A stretch of 64,000 bases of DNA, from positions 2,046,001 to 2,110,000 of the forward strand of contig CAKKNE010000004.1 in the NCBI GenBank assembly GCA_918797485.1, in the 5' to 3' direction. Origin of the DNA: Pelagomonas calceolata. Its lineage: Eukaryota. The notes below the pieces were generated by a model, which was given only the letters and a program-made list of their open reading frames with translations, had not been told where the DNA came from and did not search any database. Shown here piece after piece: positions 8,261 to 22,300 of this stretch. Numbering within the stretch: the stretch's first letter is position 1; each line of letters begins with the position of its first letter. A program made the position numbers and the translations under genes.

Positions 8261-10345
8261 ATGGGTGCCGGTGCCTCCGTGCAGGAGCAAGAGGCCACCG
8301 AGCCCTCGACTTTGGCCCAGCTCCCGGACGCGGCGCGAAAAGATGCCGTGCGGCTCTCCCAGAAGTTTGGTGGCGGCGGCGCGTTGCCCTCTGCGAGCGG
8401 CGTCTCTGTCCACGCCGCCGTGGAGACGGGCTCTCGGCTCGCGAAGCACACGCACGAGGCCGTGCTCGCGATCTACAACCAGACCTTCGTGGGAACGGGG
8501 GGCAACGACGCCATGACCGACGGCTGCCTCGCCTCGCGGTACGCGCTCGAGTTGTTGGGGGCCCACCACCGGGGAGACCCGACGAATGCCGTCGTCGGGC
8601 TCTGCCTGGCGGAGGTCCAGCTGCGCTTCGGGCAGCTCCTGGGGGTCATGGCGCAAAACAACGCGTTCGACGCCATGGAGCAGGAATTCTACGTGCTCGA
8701 GCCGCTTGGACTCAGCGATGTGGTCACGGCCTTCGAAGAGGGCGTCCGGCAGCTGAAGGGCGCCCAGCGTCTCTTCGAAACGCACGCGGCTGCCGCGCAG
8801 CCGTTCGCCATCGGCGCCTGCGCGGCGGCGCTGGGGGAACTGTACTACTGCTCTGGATGCTCCGTTTTCCATGGACGAACGGGTCCATTCGACCTCGACG
8901 GGATGGACGGTGCGGCGCAGTGCCTGGAGAGTCTGCGGCTCTCGGAGGAGGCGATTGAGCTCCGCAAAGCGGCGGGGCTCGAGTCCACCGCCGAGACGGC
9001 CAATATTTGCAAGGACCTCGGAAAGGTCTACGGGTTCATGGAGGAGATGGTGGTCGAAGGCATCATTCTCGACGCCGGCGCCTATGGCGACGCCGATCAG
9101 CTCCACTCGCGGGCCGAGAAGTACCTACTCAAGGCGGCGGACATCAATAAGGTCATGGGCTCGAGCGCAAGCACGGATGCCAACCTCATGCGCCTGATGA
9201 AGAGCTCCGGCATCAAGTGCCGCGAGACCGCGGAGAAGCGCGGCTTGCGCGTCGCCGAGCGCGTGGAGGAGGTCATCGCGGAGCACGAGCTGGCGGCGGC
9301 GGTGGGCGAGACGCTCGGGGAAGCGCTGGAGAAGGATCGCTTCATCGCGCAGCTCGCGAGCGTCCTGGAAAATCCGCAGACGGGGAAGCGCCTCAGTTCT
9401 GTGTCGAAGGACTTGCTTGCGTTCGGCTACCACGCCGACCAGGCCGGCCTGGAAGAGAGGATAATCGAAACCGCCAAGAACACGCTGCAGCCTCCGATCA
9501 GCAAGGACGTGTGGAAGGCCTTTAAGAAAAGCCTGCTCAAGAGCAACATCTGGTTTCGGCGCAGCACGAACGAGGCGGCAAAGGGCGAGCTCCTGTTCCA
9601 CACGCTGCTGGCCGGGGCGGCGACGGAAATCGAGACGATAAACGCCGAGCTGGTGCGGTCCCTGGAGCCCTTCGCCACCGGGATAGCCAGGCTCTCCGAG
9701 CCCGACTTGTTCCCCAACCAAAACGAGATCCTCCGCCAGGACGAGCTGGACACGAACGAACCGGACTTTACGGCCGACCAGCTGCCGAACGAGGCCTCGC
9801 GGCAGTTCTACGACATGAAGGTCTATCTGCCTAAGCTCATGTTGGTGGCGCGGATGGTCAACGGAGAGTACCAGGCCTGGGTGGAGACAAACTTCATGAC
9901 GTTCGGGGAGGTTTTATCCGGCCCAATCAAGACGCTCGAGCGCGCCGAGGCCAAGGCCGAGAATGACTACGGGGACAAGGCCTGGCCTACGTCGGCCCAC
10001 ATCATTGACCTGGTGCGAGCTCGTCTTGTAGTCAATACGCCAGAGGAAATGGAGGCGGCCGTCAAGAAGGCCCTCGCGCTCTGCGAGGACGCGCCGTCGA
10101 ACAGCGGGCTCGTCGGGCTCGCTCGCCTCAAAAACTCCTTTCTCACCAAAACGGAGGGCTTCCGCGACATAAAGTTGAGCATCGCATTTGCGAGCGAAGG
10201 CGTGATGATGGTCTGCGAGCTGGGGATCTGCCTACGGGTGATGGACGACTTTGGCCACAAGGTCCATATTCTGTACGAGGTCGAGCGGGAACGCACGTTC
10301 TACGAGGAGGTCGAGCAGAGGCTCGTGGAAAAGGGGGCTCTATAA
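8261..10345 (+). CDS. Putatively N-myristoylated protein with TPR-like helices and C-terminal RelA/SpoT-like nucleotidyltransferase domain
   Basis: MGAGAS start; C-terminal GPIKTLERAEAKAENDY...IDLVRARLV...RLKNSF...GFRDIKL...VCELGI...HILYE matches the Rel/Spo-like NTase pattern. Confidence 0.7.
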   Translation: MGAGASVQEQEATEPSTLAQLPDAARKDAVRLSQKFGGGGALPSASGVSVHAAVETGSRLAKHTHEAVLAIYNQTFVGTGGNDAMTDGCLASRYALELLGAHHRGDPTNAVVGLCLAEVQLRFGQLLGVMAQNNAFDAMEQEFYVLEPLGLSDVVTAFEEGVRQLKGAQRLFETHAAAAQPFAIGACAAALGELYYCSGCSVFHGRTGPFDLDGMDGAAQCLESLRLSEEAIELRKAAGLESTAETANICKDLGKVYGFMEEMVVEGIILDAGAYGDADQLHSRAEKYLLKAADINKVMGSSASTDANLMRLMKSSGIKCRETAEKRGLRVAERVEEVIAEHELAAAVGETLGEALEKDRFIAQLASVLENPQTGKRLSSVSKDLLAFGYHADQAGLEERIIETAKNTLQPPISKDVWKAFKKSLLKSNIWFRRSTNEAAKGELLFHTLLAGAATEIETINAELVRSLEPFATGIARLSEPDLFPNQNEILRQDELDTNEPDFTADQLPNEASRQFYDMKVYLPKLMLVARMVNGEYQAWVETNFMTFGEVLSGPIKTLERAEAKAENDYGDKAWPTSAHIIDLVRARLVVNTPEEMEAAVKKALALCEDAPSNSGLVGLARLKNSFLTKTEGFRDIKLSIAFASEGVMMVCELGICLRVMDDFGHKVHILYEVERERTFYEEVEQRLVEKGAL

Positions 10346-10395
10346 GTAAATGTAAATGAAGCATAACTAACATAACCATCAAATTAAGCTCCGAG

Positions 10396-13300
10396 CTATG
10401 ATGCCTTGAATCCCGTATCGGGGCAGAGCTCCGAGCTCGCCAGCTCCGGGAAGTCGTCGTCGTCGATGCGCAGCCGCGCGAGGAACTGCTCGCCCTGCAA
10501 GGCGGGCGCGCCCGGCACCGATATTGAAAGTTGGACGTACTCGGCACTTTCCGTGCACGGGTCGTCGACGATGTTGACGTAGAAGAACGCGGCGATCTCG
10601 CCCTTCCCGAAGGTCGTCACGCCCGCGGTCTGGACGTAGTCGCCGCAGCCCGTCGTCGGGGCCGAGTCCACCGGGCCGCCGGAGCACCCGAGCCAGGCGT
10701 CGTCGTCGATGCCGCGCGCGGTGAGATCCTCCGTCGAGTAGCCCACCGTGAGTTCATTTTGAGCATATTCAAAGTCTCTCACAATGGTAATCGTCGCCGT
10801 CGGCTGGAAGCCCTCGACGGCCGCGAACTCCGCGGCTAAGAAGCGCACTCTCAGCACGTCCGTGTCCCACACTAACGCATCTCCCGCACTACTGCCGAAG
10901 GCCATGGAGCCCGGCTGGCCGCCAAAGACGCTTCGCCCGGCGAACGCGACGCCACTTCCAAGAAACGCGCGCGCCATGCGCTCGGGCGCTTGCAATCGAG
11001 CCGTCTCGAGCGCCGCCCACCTCGCTGGTATCAGCGTCTCGCCAGTCACAGGATTGACGTCCGCGATGCTCCGTTCGAAGACGTAGACGGCGCCGGCCTG
11101 CTTGGCTTCATCTATAGCAGGTGACGAGTGCTGAGGTTCGACGCCTTCCGCGACGTCCCTCCGTCTTTGAGACCAAATAGCCTGGGCTCCACTTCGCGCG
11201 GGCACGTCCTGCCTAGAAGCCATCCGCAGATCCCTGGAATATTTCTCGGTGTCGTGCCGGTCCATCGGCAGGCGCACCGGCGCGCCTCGGTCAATGTAAT
11301 CCGAACCGACGTGCGCCGTCTCGTAGTCCTTGAGATATTGCGTCCAGGCTGTAGGGGCATCTCTAGGTGGTGCTCTACCAACAGGCCTTTTCGGTGGAGG
11401 CAGCTTCCAGTGCGTCGTGGCCGAGGCGCCGGGCGCGCCGACAGCGGCTCTACCAGTGGTATCGGAGATGGCCACGTCCCACCCGAACAAGTCGCCCCGC
11501 CTTCTATCGGACGGCAGCAGTTTCGACGCGAGCTCCCAGACGCACTTCTCCTTCTCGTCGAAGCAGCCTCTATTAGGATCGTCGGGGTCCCTTCGCCTGT
11601 AAGTATAGGCCGCCCCCGCTCGCGCGGTCTCGCCGGCGAACCCACCTCCTGTTGACCACAGCTCGTTCTTCTCCTCGTGTATCAACGACACGTCGTCCGT
11701 AGGTTTAATAGCCGTGACGCCCTCGCGCCGCCCGGCGCCGAAGCCGCGCGCCGGCCAATTCCATTTCACGTGGTCGACGTTGACGTGGCCCCATCTCGAC
11801 TTGGACGCGTCCACGACCCTCAGGACCGCGGTCCGCCCCTGGAACGGCGTCAGGTCAAAGGACGCGTTCCTCAGCCGCTCGTGACAACTTCCAGTGGCTC
11901 GATCGACGGGCACCCCATCGATCAATAATTCCACGTACTCCGTTCTAGGATCACAACCCCCTCCAATGAGAAAGGACACGGTCAACGTGTCGTACTGATT
12001 GATGGTACTCTGGGCGTAGGGTATCGTCACGGGCTCCGCCGTTAATGTACCCGTAGGTATGTCTCCCTGCGAGGTACCCGCGGCGTTGGTAGAAGGATCA
12101 ATGTACGTCCCCGACTTCCTTCCTCTATCATCCTTTGTGCCCACGAAGTACCGACCGCGCGGTAAGGCCGCCTGGGGCTTCCCGCCGATGAGTGCCGACC
12201 CGTCCGACCCATAACCACCTTCCAAGTTCGGCCTGAATTTGGGACCATCGCCAAACGTCGGCTGCTCGACGAAGGCGTCTCCTGATTGACGCCAGCCCGT
12301 CAAGTCGCCGGTCTCAAAATCCCACGTCGTCGACGCGACGCCCGGGGCGCGCGGCGCTCCCACGATGAGAGCATCCTTATCTAGGTCCAGAGAAGCCCCA
12401 AACTGCGATCCGGACGTCCGGTCCTCGGCCTGCAGCTTCCCCACTTCCAAGAAGGGCCCCCGGTGGCCCTTGAAGGCCGCGTCTGGCTTCGGTTCAGCTA
12501 ACACCTGCTTGTCCGGCATCTGGGCCCAGCCGTCGTTAAACTTGTCGCACTGCCAGCAGCCCCGTCCTCGCCACGTCGGCTTGAGAGGTGGCGCTTCCCC
12601 GGCTTCCCCGAAGAAGGTCACCGTCCACGCGAGTCGGCCGCCGCCCGAAGCTGTGGGTAGTACCGTATCCTGCCTCGTGACCTCGATTTGTATCCCCGCT
12701 AATAATGAGCTACAAGCGTCATCTAGTTCCTTCTTGATCACCTCCGCCGTCGGCGTTAAGCCTAGCTCGTTCGTGAGACACGAGGCATTGCGGTAGTCGT
12801 CCAGACCTAGCTTCCACGTACCATTCGATAACACGGTATCCGCTCGCAACGTGACCACGACCTCCGGCGGCGTCGAGTAGTACAAGTATACTTTGCCCCT
12901 GCCTAAGCGTCTATTGTCGGTACCATCGGTGTCGCGCGTCTCCGCGTCCCCCACGACACCCTTGTTCCCATAGTCCGCAAAGGGCGCCCCAATCGCAATC
13001 GTGTTCTCCGAGAAGGCTACCGACGACCCGAAGCCCTGCTCGTGCACCTTTGTGATCAACCCATCAAACAAGACGTCGTAATCATAGTCTGACGACTGTA
13101 ATTTTTCCGTGAACTCCCACTTAAATTTTTTATGAGTGTGATGGTAGACCCGCCGGTAGACGTAGGCCGCCTCCACTCCCGAAGCACCCACAACGGCACA
13201 GTCGCCGTCGATGGCAATAGCCCCGCGCCCGCCAAAGTTGTGCTTGGCCCTGTAGGCGTCGGGGTGCTCTAAAATAGCCTCAAGCGTCCACTTCAATGTA

Positions 13301-16300
13301 CCTTCCGTCTTGTTCTGTAAAGTTACATTATTGAACTCGTTCATGACCAACGGTAAGCCTTCCGTGGTGTTCCGACGGACGAAGGCGTAGACCTGCGCCG
13401 CGCCGGGCGCGCCCACTAATATAGTGGCTCCATTTCTACGACCATGCGCAGCAGAACCCGCGACGCTCTCCCCGAACCGATCCTCGATCATCGTCGCCGC
13501 GAAGGGCCTTCGTCCAGTCGATGTATTGACGTTCCATCTGTCAGGAGGAACATCCATGGGAGACAAAGACTGTTCATACGACCAGGACCCCCGCTTCCGT
13601 CGGTAAATGACAACCTGACCTCGCGATGAATTGTGGTCCGGCGCTCCTAACACTGAAATCATTTCGACGTACCACGGGTCGTCGCCCTGTATCCTACCTA
13701 TCTCCACGGTCATACTATCGTCCCTATACACCCGTCCTTTCGTGTCGTTAAACGCCGCGACGGAGTAGCCGGCGCCCCGTTTGTCATCTTCTGTGGTGTC
13801 CGGCTGCGCAATGCCTAAATCCTCCATACTGTCTGATTCACCCAACCGCTCAAAGGCCTGCACACTACCATCCAACCCGTCGCCGTCATCCTCCACTTTT
13901 ACCGAAGTACGCAAATGCCCGAGGGGCGACGGGAACATGCCCGGCAGCCAGACGCCGACAATGATCTCTTCGTCAGGTTTCTCGTAGATGAAGTCGTCCG
14001 TCGTTTCTACCGCTAAGGAATAGCGTCGCGTCAATGAATCGGGCAACCGCCCGTTCTCCAATGAGATAGGTGCTAATTGCCCTCGTGAGCCGATCGGCAC
14101 GAAGTCCGACGCCCCGGTGTCGTCGCGCCCGCCGTCCACCCACCTACTACTATTGGATGTCCCGCCGTACCACGACGCTCTAGCATGAGCCTTGCCCGCA
14201 CCGACGACCTCCGCTGCCGTCTGCGCCGCGGGCACGGCCCGGTCGCCCCAGAGGCCATACAAGTCCGCGAGCCACTTTTGTGTTGTTTTGTCGGAATTGC
14301 GAGCAAAGGTCCACAGGAAGAACGAAATGGGTCTTTCTGGTGCGGAGTCGTCGCGGATGCCTTCTCCACTTCTCCTCGCTAGGACGACATCCACCGAGGA
14401 ACCCTCCTCCACAGAGTATTTGGCACTTTCAAAGCCTAGCGTGACCCAGTTGATGTCCGCCGCGAAGACCGCGCCGGCATTGTCGCCTGACTCTACACTA
14501 TCCGTGTTCGGGGCGCCGACCGCGGCGATGTCGCCCGACACCGCGGCGCCGATGCCGTACGCGTCCTGGCGCTGCGCGATGAACGGCCGCATCAGCGCTT
14601 GTTCGACGAAGGTCCCAATGACTTCGCCGGGTTGCGTCTCCCGCGTGAACATGTGCGCGACGCCCCTTAAACGAGGGGGCATCGGCCTTAGCTCCTCGAC
14701 CTCCGTATAGCCGTTCAGTAGTCTAGAGCCATCCGCCTCCAAACCAGGTAGGATCTCCAAATCCCCACTCTCCGTACCCGAGAACGTGACGTTCCACTTG
14801 TACTGGCCTTCACTATCAGGTGCCGAACCGGTGACCGTGACCTCTCCAGCTAACAACTCACTCTCTAAAGCATACTCGACAGCTAAATAGTCAGCATCTT
14901 TTTCAATTTCTTGAGACCACCTCGTGCGCTCGCCCTCGGTCATGTTATCCGACATGATGATCGTGTCCTTCACTCGTTTTTCCACACCTACAATGTCGTG
15001 GACGCCCTCGCAGACTCTTAAGCCAAGAGTAGAGTAGTGCGCGTCGTCGACACACAGCATCTCGAGCTTCGACCTATTGGTACTTCGGAAGCCGACCTTC
15101 CACCGTCCGCCGATGTCGCACTGGCCTCGGTTCTTCCGAAGTTGCCTCCTGAGATGTCCCGTTAATTCGCACTTCTTTTTCGTGCGTATTTGCCAGACGG
15201 ATCTTTGCGGGCCTAGACCACCAAGGTCGGGCGGCTCGCCTCGATCAAAAGCGCCTTGCAAGTCGCCCACGCCCGTCGCGACAATAATGCCGTCGTCAAT
15301 CGCGACGCGATGGCCCAGTCGATCGCCCCGTCCCACATTCGTCGCTACTAATCGCTCGATGAAGACCCATCGACACAGCGCGCAGTGCCTTGCGAGAACA
15401 ACGACAGCACCGGTAGCTTTGGCCGCGCCACTTCGCTCCGGCGTCGCGTCGCGCCTTCTCGGACGGTCCGCGGCGCCGCACACTCCGATAACTATGTCAT
15501 CTTCATCCATGGCCACGGAGCACCCGAACCGGTCGCCCCGCGACCGCTGTCCGTTATACAACGACGGGCCGTCGTCGGCCGTCAGGCGTTGCGACAGCGA
15601 GAAACCATTGGTACTCGCCTTGCCCATGTTTTCCGCCGTATACACGTAGACGGCGCCCCGGTCGTCGTCGGCGCCCGGCGCGCCGACCACTAAAGTGGCT
15701 AAACCAGAACTGCGCAGCGACATGGCTACAGAAAAACCAAACTCGTCGCCCTGGACCTGGCCGTAGACCTCCGTGTCCAGCACGGGCAGCCCCGTGATCG
15801 CGGCCCAACCGTTGCCAGAGTCCGCAAAAATGTGCACCTCGCCGGCGTCGTCGTCGCCGGCGTAGGGCGCGCCGACCGCGGCTACTCTCGTGGTACCATC
15901 GTCCAGCACGTCGACGGACCAGCCGAAGCGGTCTCCCACAAAACCCGTGACGTCCGAGAGTCGAGCTTCCTGGACCCACGCACCCCCGGACGCATAGATT
16001 GTGGCGTCTACCGGAACGCGCTTGAAGACGAAGGCGGCGCCCGCGTTCTCGCCTCTTGAATCTAAGCCTAGAGGTTGTGCTGTACCTCTTCTGACTTCAC
16101 TCACAGATAATGAGGCTTGAATGGAAGAAGAACCATATAAACCTTCGATACCTAACACGTAGTCGCCAGTCAGATCAATACTCATAGGGTCTAGATCAGC
16201 TCGAGACGTTTGAAACCCAGGACCGGTGGGTGGATCAAAAAACGTGATCCGCACTTGCGTACTGACATTGCTACAAACATATTCGTCGTCGGACGCTATT

Positions 16301-19300
16301 TCAATCCTAGGCGAGGGATGCAAGCCGGGTACCGGCGCATAAACCCTCCCCCTTAGAGCCGATTTCAGCTCTCCAATAGTAGCATTCCACGCGACCCAGG
16401 GCGTCCACGCGTTCATGAGGCCCAACCGGAAATGGCCGCCGGCCGCAACACAACTTATATTTTGTTGCTCATACACGCCGTGGTTCTCGGAGTAGGGCGC
16501 GCCGACGACCGCCGTATTGCCCCCGGCACCTAACGCCACATCATGCCCAAAAGCCGCCCGCTCGCCCGCGTAGTGCTCGGGGTTCGGCTTCAAAGCAAAT
16601 TCGGGCGACCACATGTACGTCGGATCGTTCGAGGAGACCACGGATCTAGAGTACACGAAGGCCGCGCCGCCGCCCGCGCCCCGCTTCCCTCGTCTCGCGC
16701 CCGTCCACACCGGCGTCGTGTTTCCCGTGATCGGGTCGTAGCCGCCTTGTAATACTTGGACCTCGGCGTCCGACCCGTATAATATGCTATGGTCTATCTG
16801 AACGGGCTCCATGTCGTAGACGTGCGTCCCGACCCACTCGCCGAAATCGTCCTTGCGTAACACGGCAGCGAAGGTCACGAGATAAGTGTGGGCGCCATTG
16901 CGTGCGCCAAACAAGTCGTCTACCTTGCTCACCTCCACATGACTAATAGAGTCGAGCTTCTCGAGCTTCTCCTTGACTTCCGCCGGCTCCGCGTTGTGCC
17001 ATATGGGTTCGGAAGGACCGGCCCCGTTGAGCGAGACGCCAAAGTGGCCCCAGACCGGACTTCCGCCATCTTGAATGTTCGACGTCCAGGCCTCCGCGCC
17101 GGGGCCTCCACCCAATGACAATTTCTTGGCTTGGATGAGCGGGATGTTGTTAAATAAGCCCGTATCATTCGTCAGCGCCTTTTTTGGCGATGACTCGCCA
17201 GGAATGTCCGCGAAGGTCACGGCCCACCTTCTACTACCGTAATCATTATATTCGCTCACATCAACATTCGAGATCTTGTAGCCCAGCGCATCTTGGATGG
17301 CGTACTTGACGTCGTCGCCCGTCGCCTGCGCGTCGAGCGGCTCCGTCCGATTGCCAGTGCTCTCGTCTTCCAAAACCCAAGTGCCATTGGCGTAGGAAGA
17401 CTCGTGAATTCTCGTGATGGGTGAGATGGATACGCCCGTGCCCGTCAGGCCGTCCGGAGTTAATACCAGAGTGCCCGTTTCCCCAGAACCAATACCAAGC
17501 AACCCATCAAACGTAATGGACCACACGGCGCCACCAATGCAAGCGCACCAGTCGTAGGGCGTCTTCGAGGCCGTCACGAGCCCCAGGTCGGGGTAGGCGT
17601 CCATGAGTAGAGCTGCTGCGGTGTCCGGATTTGTTGTTGCGGGTATGTTCGCCGGCGCCGCCAGGAGATTGCCATCCTTATCGGAATACTGCATGATAAA
17701 CGTGCCGCCGACCTCCGCACCCGCACTGGCTTGTATGGTGAAATTTTGGACCGCCGGCTGGGCTAAGACACCCACACCATAGGCCTGGACCTCCGGTCGA
17801 GGCTCCAATGCCGTTCCTTGGACCGTGAGCAACTGGATCTCCGGTTGGATCTGTTCCTTGCCCGGGGCGCCCGCTATTAACCTTCCTGAAGAACCATCTG
17901 CCGCGACGGACCAGCCGAACAAGTCGCCGGGGCCCTGGTTATGCGACATCAACGAGGTTCGGCCGGCGCCGTCTCTACTTCCATGAGACGCCTCCATGAG
18001 GTCAAAGATCCCCGCGTCGCCGACTTGCAACTTTGTGGATGCACTACCAGCCACATCTATGGAGGTAGACGCCCGAAAGACAAATCCCGGCATGGACTCG
18101 TGCTCCGCACTGTATCGAATCATGCACTGCTTGCCGGGGTTCGCCGCTGCTAGGTCCAAGTACTGCACACCGGCTGGTCCCAACGCGTTCACCTTCGCGG
18201 TCTTGCCTTTCGTGTACAAGGTCCCCGACGCCGACATCAAGACCGCGTTCGGCGGCGATAATCTGATGTCCGCGTCGACCATCGGTTGCTTGCTGAGGAG
18301 CCGGATCCAGGCGCCGTCCGGCAGTTCGAAGGAGCTTAAAGCCGTTCGCTCGTCGTTGGCGTCACTCCAGTACTCGAGTCGATCACTGTCGTCGCCCGGC
18401 GACACCGTATAGGAGAACAATATATTTGATGTGTTCGACCCGTTTATATACGAAGCGTATCTATCGATGTTGCCCGTTTCTAGTTTGAGCCTTGGTTTAC
18501 CCGAGACACAAACAGGAGCGGAAAACGACGCAATAAAAACAATCGTGTCGCCCGCGTTGAGGACCACGCCCGACGTCGCTGCCGCTGTTAATGATATAAG
18601 CCGAGGCGCGTTGGACGACACACTCACGACGGGCATCTTGTCTCCATAATCCAGACTACCTTTGGTCGTGGGATGCGGTAGCGTCAGATCGGCGTCCTGC
18701 GTCGGCGTATACCCCAAAGCCGTGATGCGGCCTCGTCCTTCCACCTTATCTTGAGCGTGGTCGTCCGCCCGGATTCTGCCCCGTCGCATGGCAAAGGCAT
18801 CGGTATAAGCCAATCTCAGTACCACGTCGCCCGGTTCTATTCTATAATCAAACTCGAGTATAGCAGTACCAGAACCTCGTCGGTATTGCGCCTCGGCATC
18901 CAAATTCGCATTCAGCATCAATACAGGAGTGCCCACGACACTGACGGACGAAGAGAAGGCGCATTGGACTGTTATCTGATCGCCCGGGACTAACTTCGTG
19001 TCCTCCACCACATCTTTGAAGCTGCAGTTGGAGACGACGGGCGCGCGATCCGTGATGACCACGATCGGTTCCGTCGACCGATTCGCTCCCAGTTGCTTGC
19101 CTTGGAGGCCGTGGTGGTCCAATGATAAATTTGCTAGAGTTGTCGTGACGGAGGCGTCCAGGTATACAGAATCTACTCGTGATGTAATAGCTCTCAGTGT
19201 AAGATTCTGCGTATAGTCACCGGCTTGAATAGTGTACTCGTAGTTCATAATCCGTTTCCCGACAAACTCATAGAAGGTAGCGTAGGGGTACGGCGCGTTC

Positions 19301-22300
19301 GCGCCCAACCCAAGCTTTAACAGAGGGGCCTCCTCGGTCAGAGCCACGTCGCGGTGGAACGAGATAGAAAACTCTAACCTTTCACCGACGGCGTACCAGT
19401 TCGCGTCGCCTCCATAAGGACCGTACGGTAACGGGGGATAAGGGCTTTTCGGAGTGCGGCACCACACGTCGGTGATGTAAGGCGGTGTGACATCAATCGA
19501 ATAGCCGGGCGGCAGCTGCAAGGGTTTTGACAAATTACCCATGGACATATTCACCGCGACTCCAAGACGATCGAACAACCCACACGTGTCCGACGTGTTG
19601 CACCAGATGCAGGTGGACGGATAGCCCGGGATACCAGGGTCGAAGATGGAGTGGATATTCACGACGCCGAACTGTTCCACCTCCACATCGCTCTCCTTGA
19701 TGAAGTAGATGAACTCGTACGTGTCCGTGCCCGTTCCTGAGGTGTACAAGGCTTCTCCACCAGTATTTAGGAATATGGACGGGGGATCTGAAAATATAAC
19801 TTCGTCCGTGAACCTAATCTTAATTTTGAAGCGGTCGCCCGCACCGTACGTTCCTGGTGTGCCACCCACGCCATCATCAGTGCCAAACGATACCTCTGCT
19901 ACACGTGTCGGGCGCGGCTCCGTCGCTCGCACGGCCGTGAAATTAGTAGCATTCGCTTGTTTGAGTCGATTCTGCACGCCACCAAAATGTAACGGATTAC
20001 CATAATATCTATCGGCGGACGCAGCTAAGTATAGGCGTGTGTTGGCATAGACCGTGGGATTCTCCGACGCGAGCATAATACTCCCTTCTCCGCCGAAGGC
20101 GCCGTCCTGGTAGCCTTGTAATGTCTCTGTATATGAAGTGGTAATGCCCAACCGCGGCGTCTTGTCGCCGATTTTTGGTATATATACAAATTCTAGGGTA
20201 GCAGTACCATTACCAGCATCATAAGTAGCGACTCTGTCAGGATTGCCGGCGACCTCCGGTTCGTACGCATCTAGATCTAGCGTCGGCTTCCCAAACACCA
20301 CCACAGGCTTGTCAAACGTGAAGTAGATCGTAACGATGTCATCGACGACTGTGGTATTCTTCTTTCGTATTTCCGTGTCGTCCGGTGTTCTTCTTCTGCT
20401 GATGCCGTACTCTAGTATTTGAGGGGCTCTACCGTCGATCTTCAGATGCGAAGTATTCAACAGAGAAAACCTCGCTGCTCTCAAGTTAAGGTCGGCATCC
20501 ACAGAAGGCGCGTCCGAGGCCTTCCGCAGGTAGCCACCTAAGCCTGAAAAGGCCAGAGCTTGGGAACCATCACCATAGATATTCAAGTGACTCGATTGTT
20601 CGTCCTCCGCTACTACATATGTAAATGTGAGGATTTTGCCCGGCGCTCCCGACGAGTAGAAGGCGGACACGCGCCAGCCCACATCCAATGATAATGCGAG
20701 AGGCGCCGCCGGGTTCAACTCCACGATCGAATCGAAGCCCACACTTAGTAAAATGGTGTCGCCCGCATAATAAGTACCGTTCGGAGACAATGACCTCACA
20801 CCATAACTTCGATTGACGGCCGGCTTCGTGTTGTCTAGAATAACGCCCGCTTCTTCGACGGAAGAAGCGTTTATTGTGGAGTAAGCCACGGTCGCAGGCA
20901 CGGAACTCCTTCGATAGATGCGCGCGCCAGCATCTAGTCGTAGCTGGAAGCCGCCCGACGTCGTGTTGATCGGTAATCGCACAGGAGTGCCGCCCGAGTC
21001 CTGGCCTGGTAAGACCAGATACTCAAACACCAACACCAGACTTCCAGAACCAGACGCGTACTGAGCATACGAAATTTCACCATAATCGATGGGGCCCGGA
21101 GTAGGGCCCTGCGTTTCATTCACCGTCGTATCTCTGGACGGCGCCGGCGTCGGCGAAACACTTGGCGCCGGTGACGGTGAGGACGGTGCGATCAATATAG
21201 GTAAGAAGACCGCAGCGGAGGGCTGCGGGCCTAACACGACTTCTACCGCCGCGTCGAAAGTAACGTTAAACCGTAACGTGGTACCCGGCGCATACACACC
21301 AGGTGAAGAAGGGTAGCTCAACGACACGTTCGTCGCCCTTGGTCTAGAAGTATCCACCGCATAAGGCGTATTGTTCGCCATACTCGCTATAGTATCTTGG
21401 CCAACCGGCATCGTGATGTTATCCAGCGCCCGGTAGTAGGGATCCCAGAAGGGCCCGCCATTCGCAGAAAAGGCTCGTTTGGACTTGGCGTCCAAGCGGT
21501 AGGACGTATCGTTGCCTCTTTGGACAAATGATGAATCACCGTCTTGGACCACATATCTAAAAGTCTGGATCGTATTCCAATACCCGAGAGAAACACAATA
21601 CGCTAAGGCATAGGCGCCCGTCTTGTTCCGGATATTGAGTTCTAGGGAAGGTATACCTCGGTCCTCGTGGCCGACGACGTCAAAGTTAAACGTGAGTTCC
21701 ACATCAATAACATCGCCGGCCGCGAGCGTCGCTAGATTGTCCACACTTCCGGGATCGCCCGCCGCCGTCGGGTTCGTGCCCGCGCCTGGTCTGACGTTGA
21801 CATCGATGACGCCCGGCGGCGTGTCGCCCGCCGTCGACACGACCCCGACCCAGTCCGCGCCTAGGGACGGCGCGATGTCCGCCTCGACCTCATACGTCGA
21901 TTCGGCGATGGACGCCCAGGCCAACGCGTTGCCGCCTCGGTCCTGCAGTGCCAGGGCGGGTTGCGTCCCGAACGCCGAGCCGCCCGCGATGGCCTCACTC
22001 GGAAAGGTGATCACGCCTAACCTCGCGGCGGGCCCCGGCGCGATGTCGATCTTCGTCGAGACGGCTTTTACTGAGGTTTCCGTGTGTTTCTGAGAAGATG
22101 CCGAATAAGAGAATAGCGTATACGTGATCTCGTACTGCTTGCCCGCAGACTTAATCCCCAAATTCGTGAAGGTCACCATGCCGAACTCCGCCAGTTGATA
22201 GGAATGGTCGAAGGAGTTGAACGTCGTTAATGTGGGGTTCTGCGTTAGGGTAGCCACGACTAGTGAAGACGAGTCGTCTTCCACCGTGTTGCCTCCGGCG

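Noticed and set aside
7747..9106. Long alternative ORFs 7747-8958(+) and 8222-9106(-)
   Set aside because: Arg/Ala-rich shadow frames overlapping better-supported genes; expected at this GC content.
6918..10345. Bacterial contamination or ars operon
   Set aside because: arsH has a spliceosomal intron and presequence, has eukaryotic neighbours, and no arsR/B/C is present.
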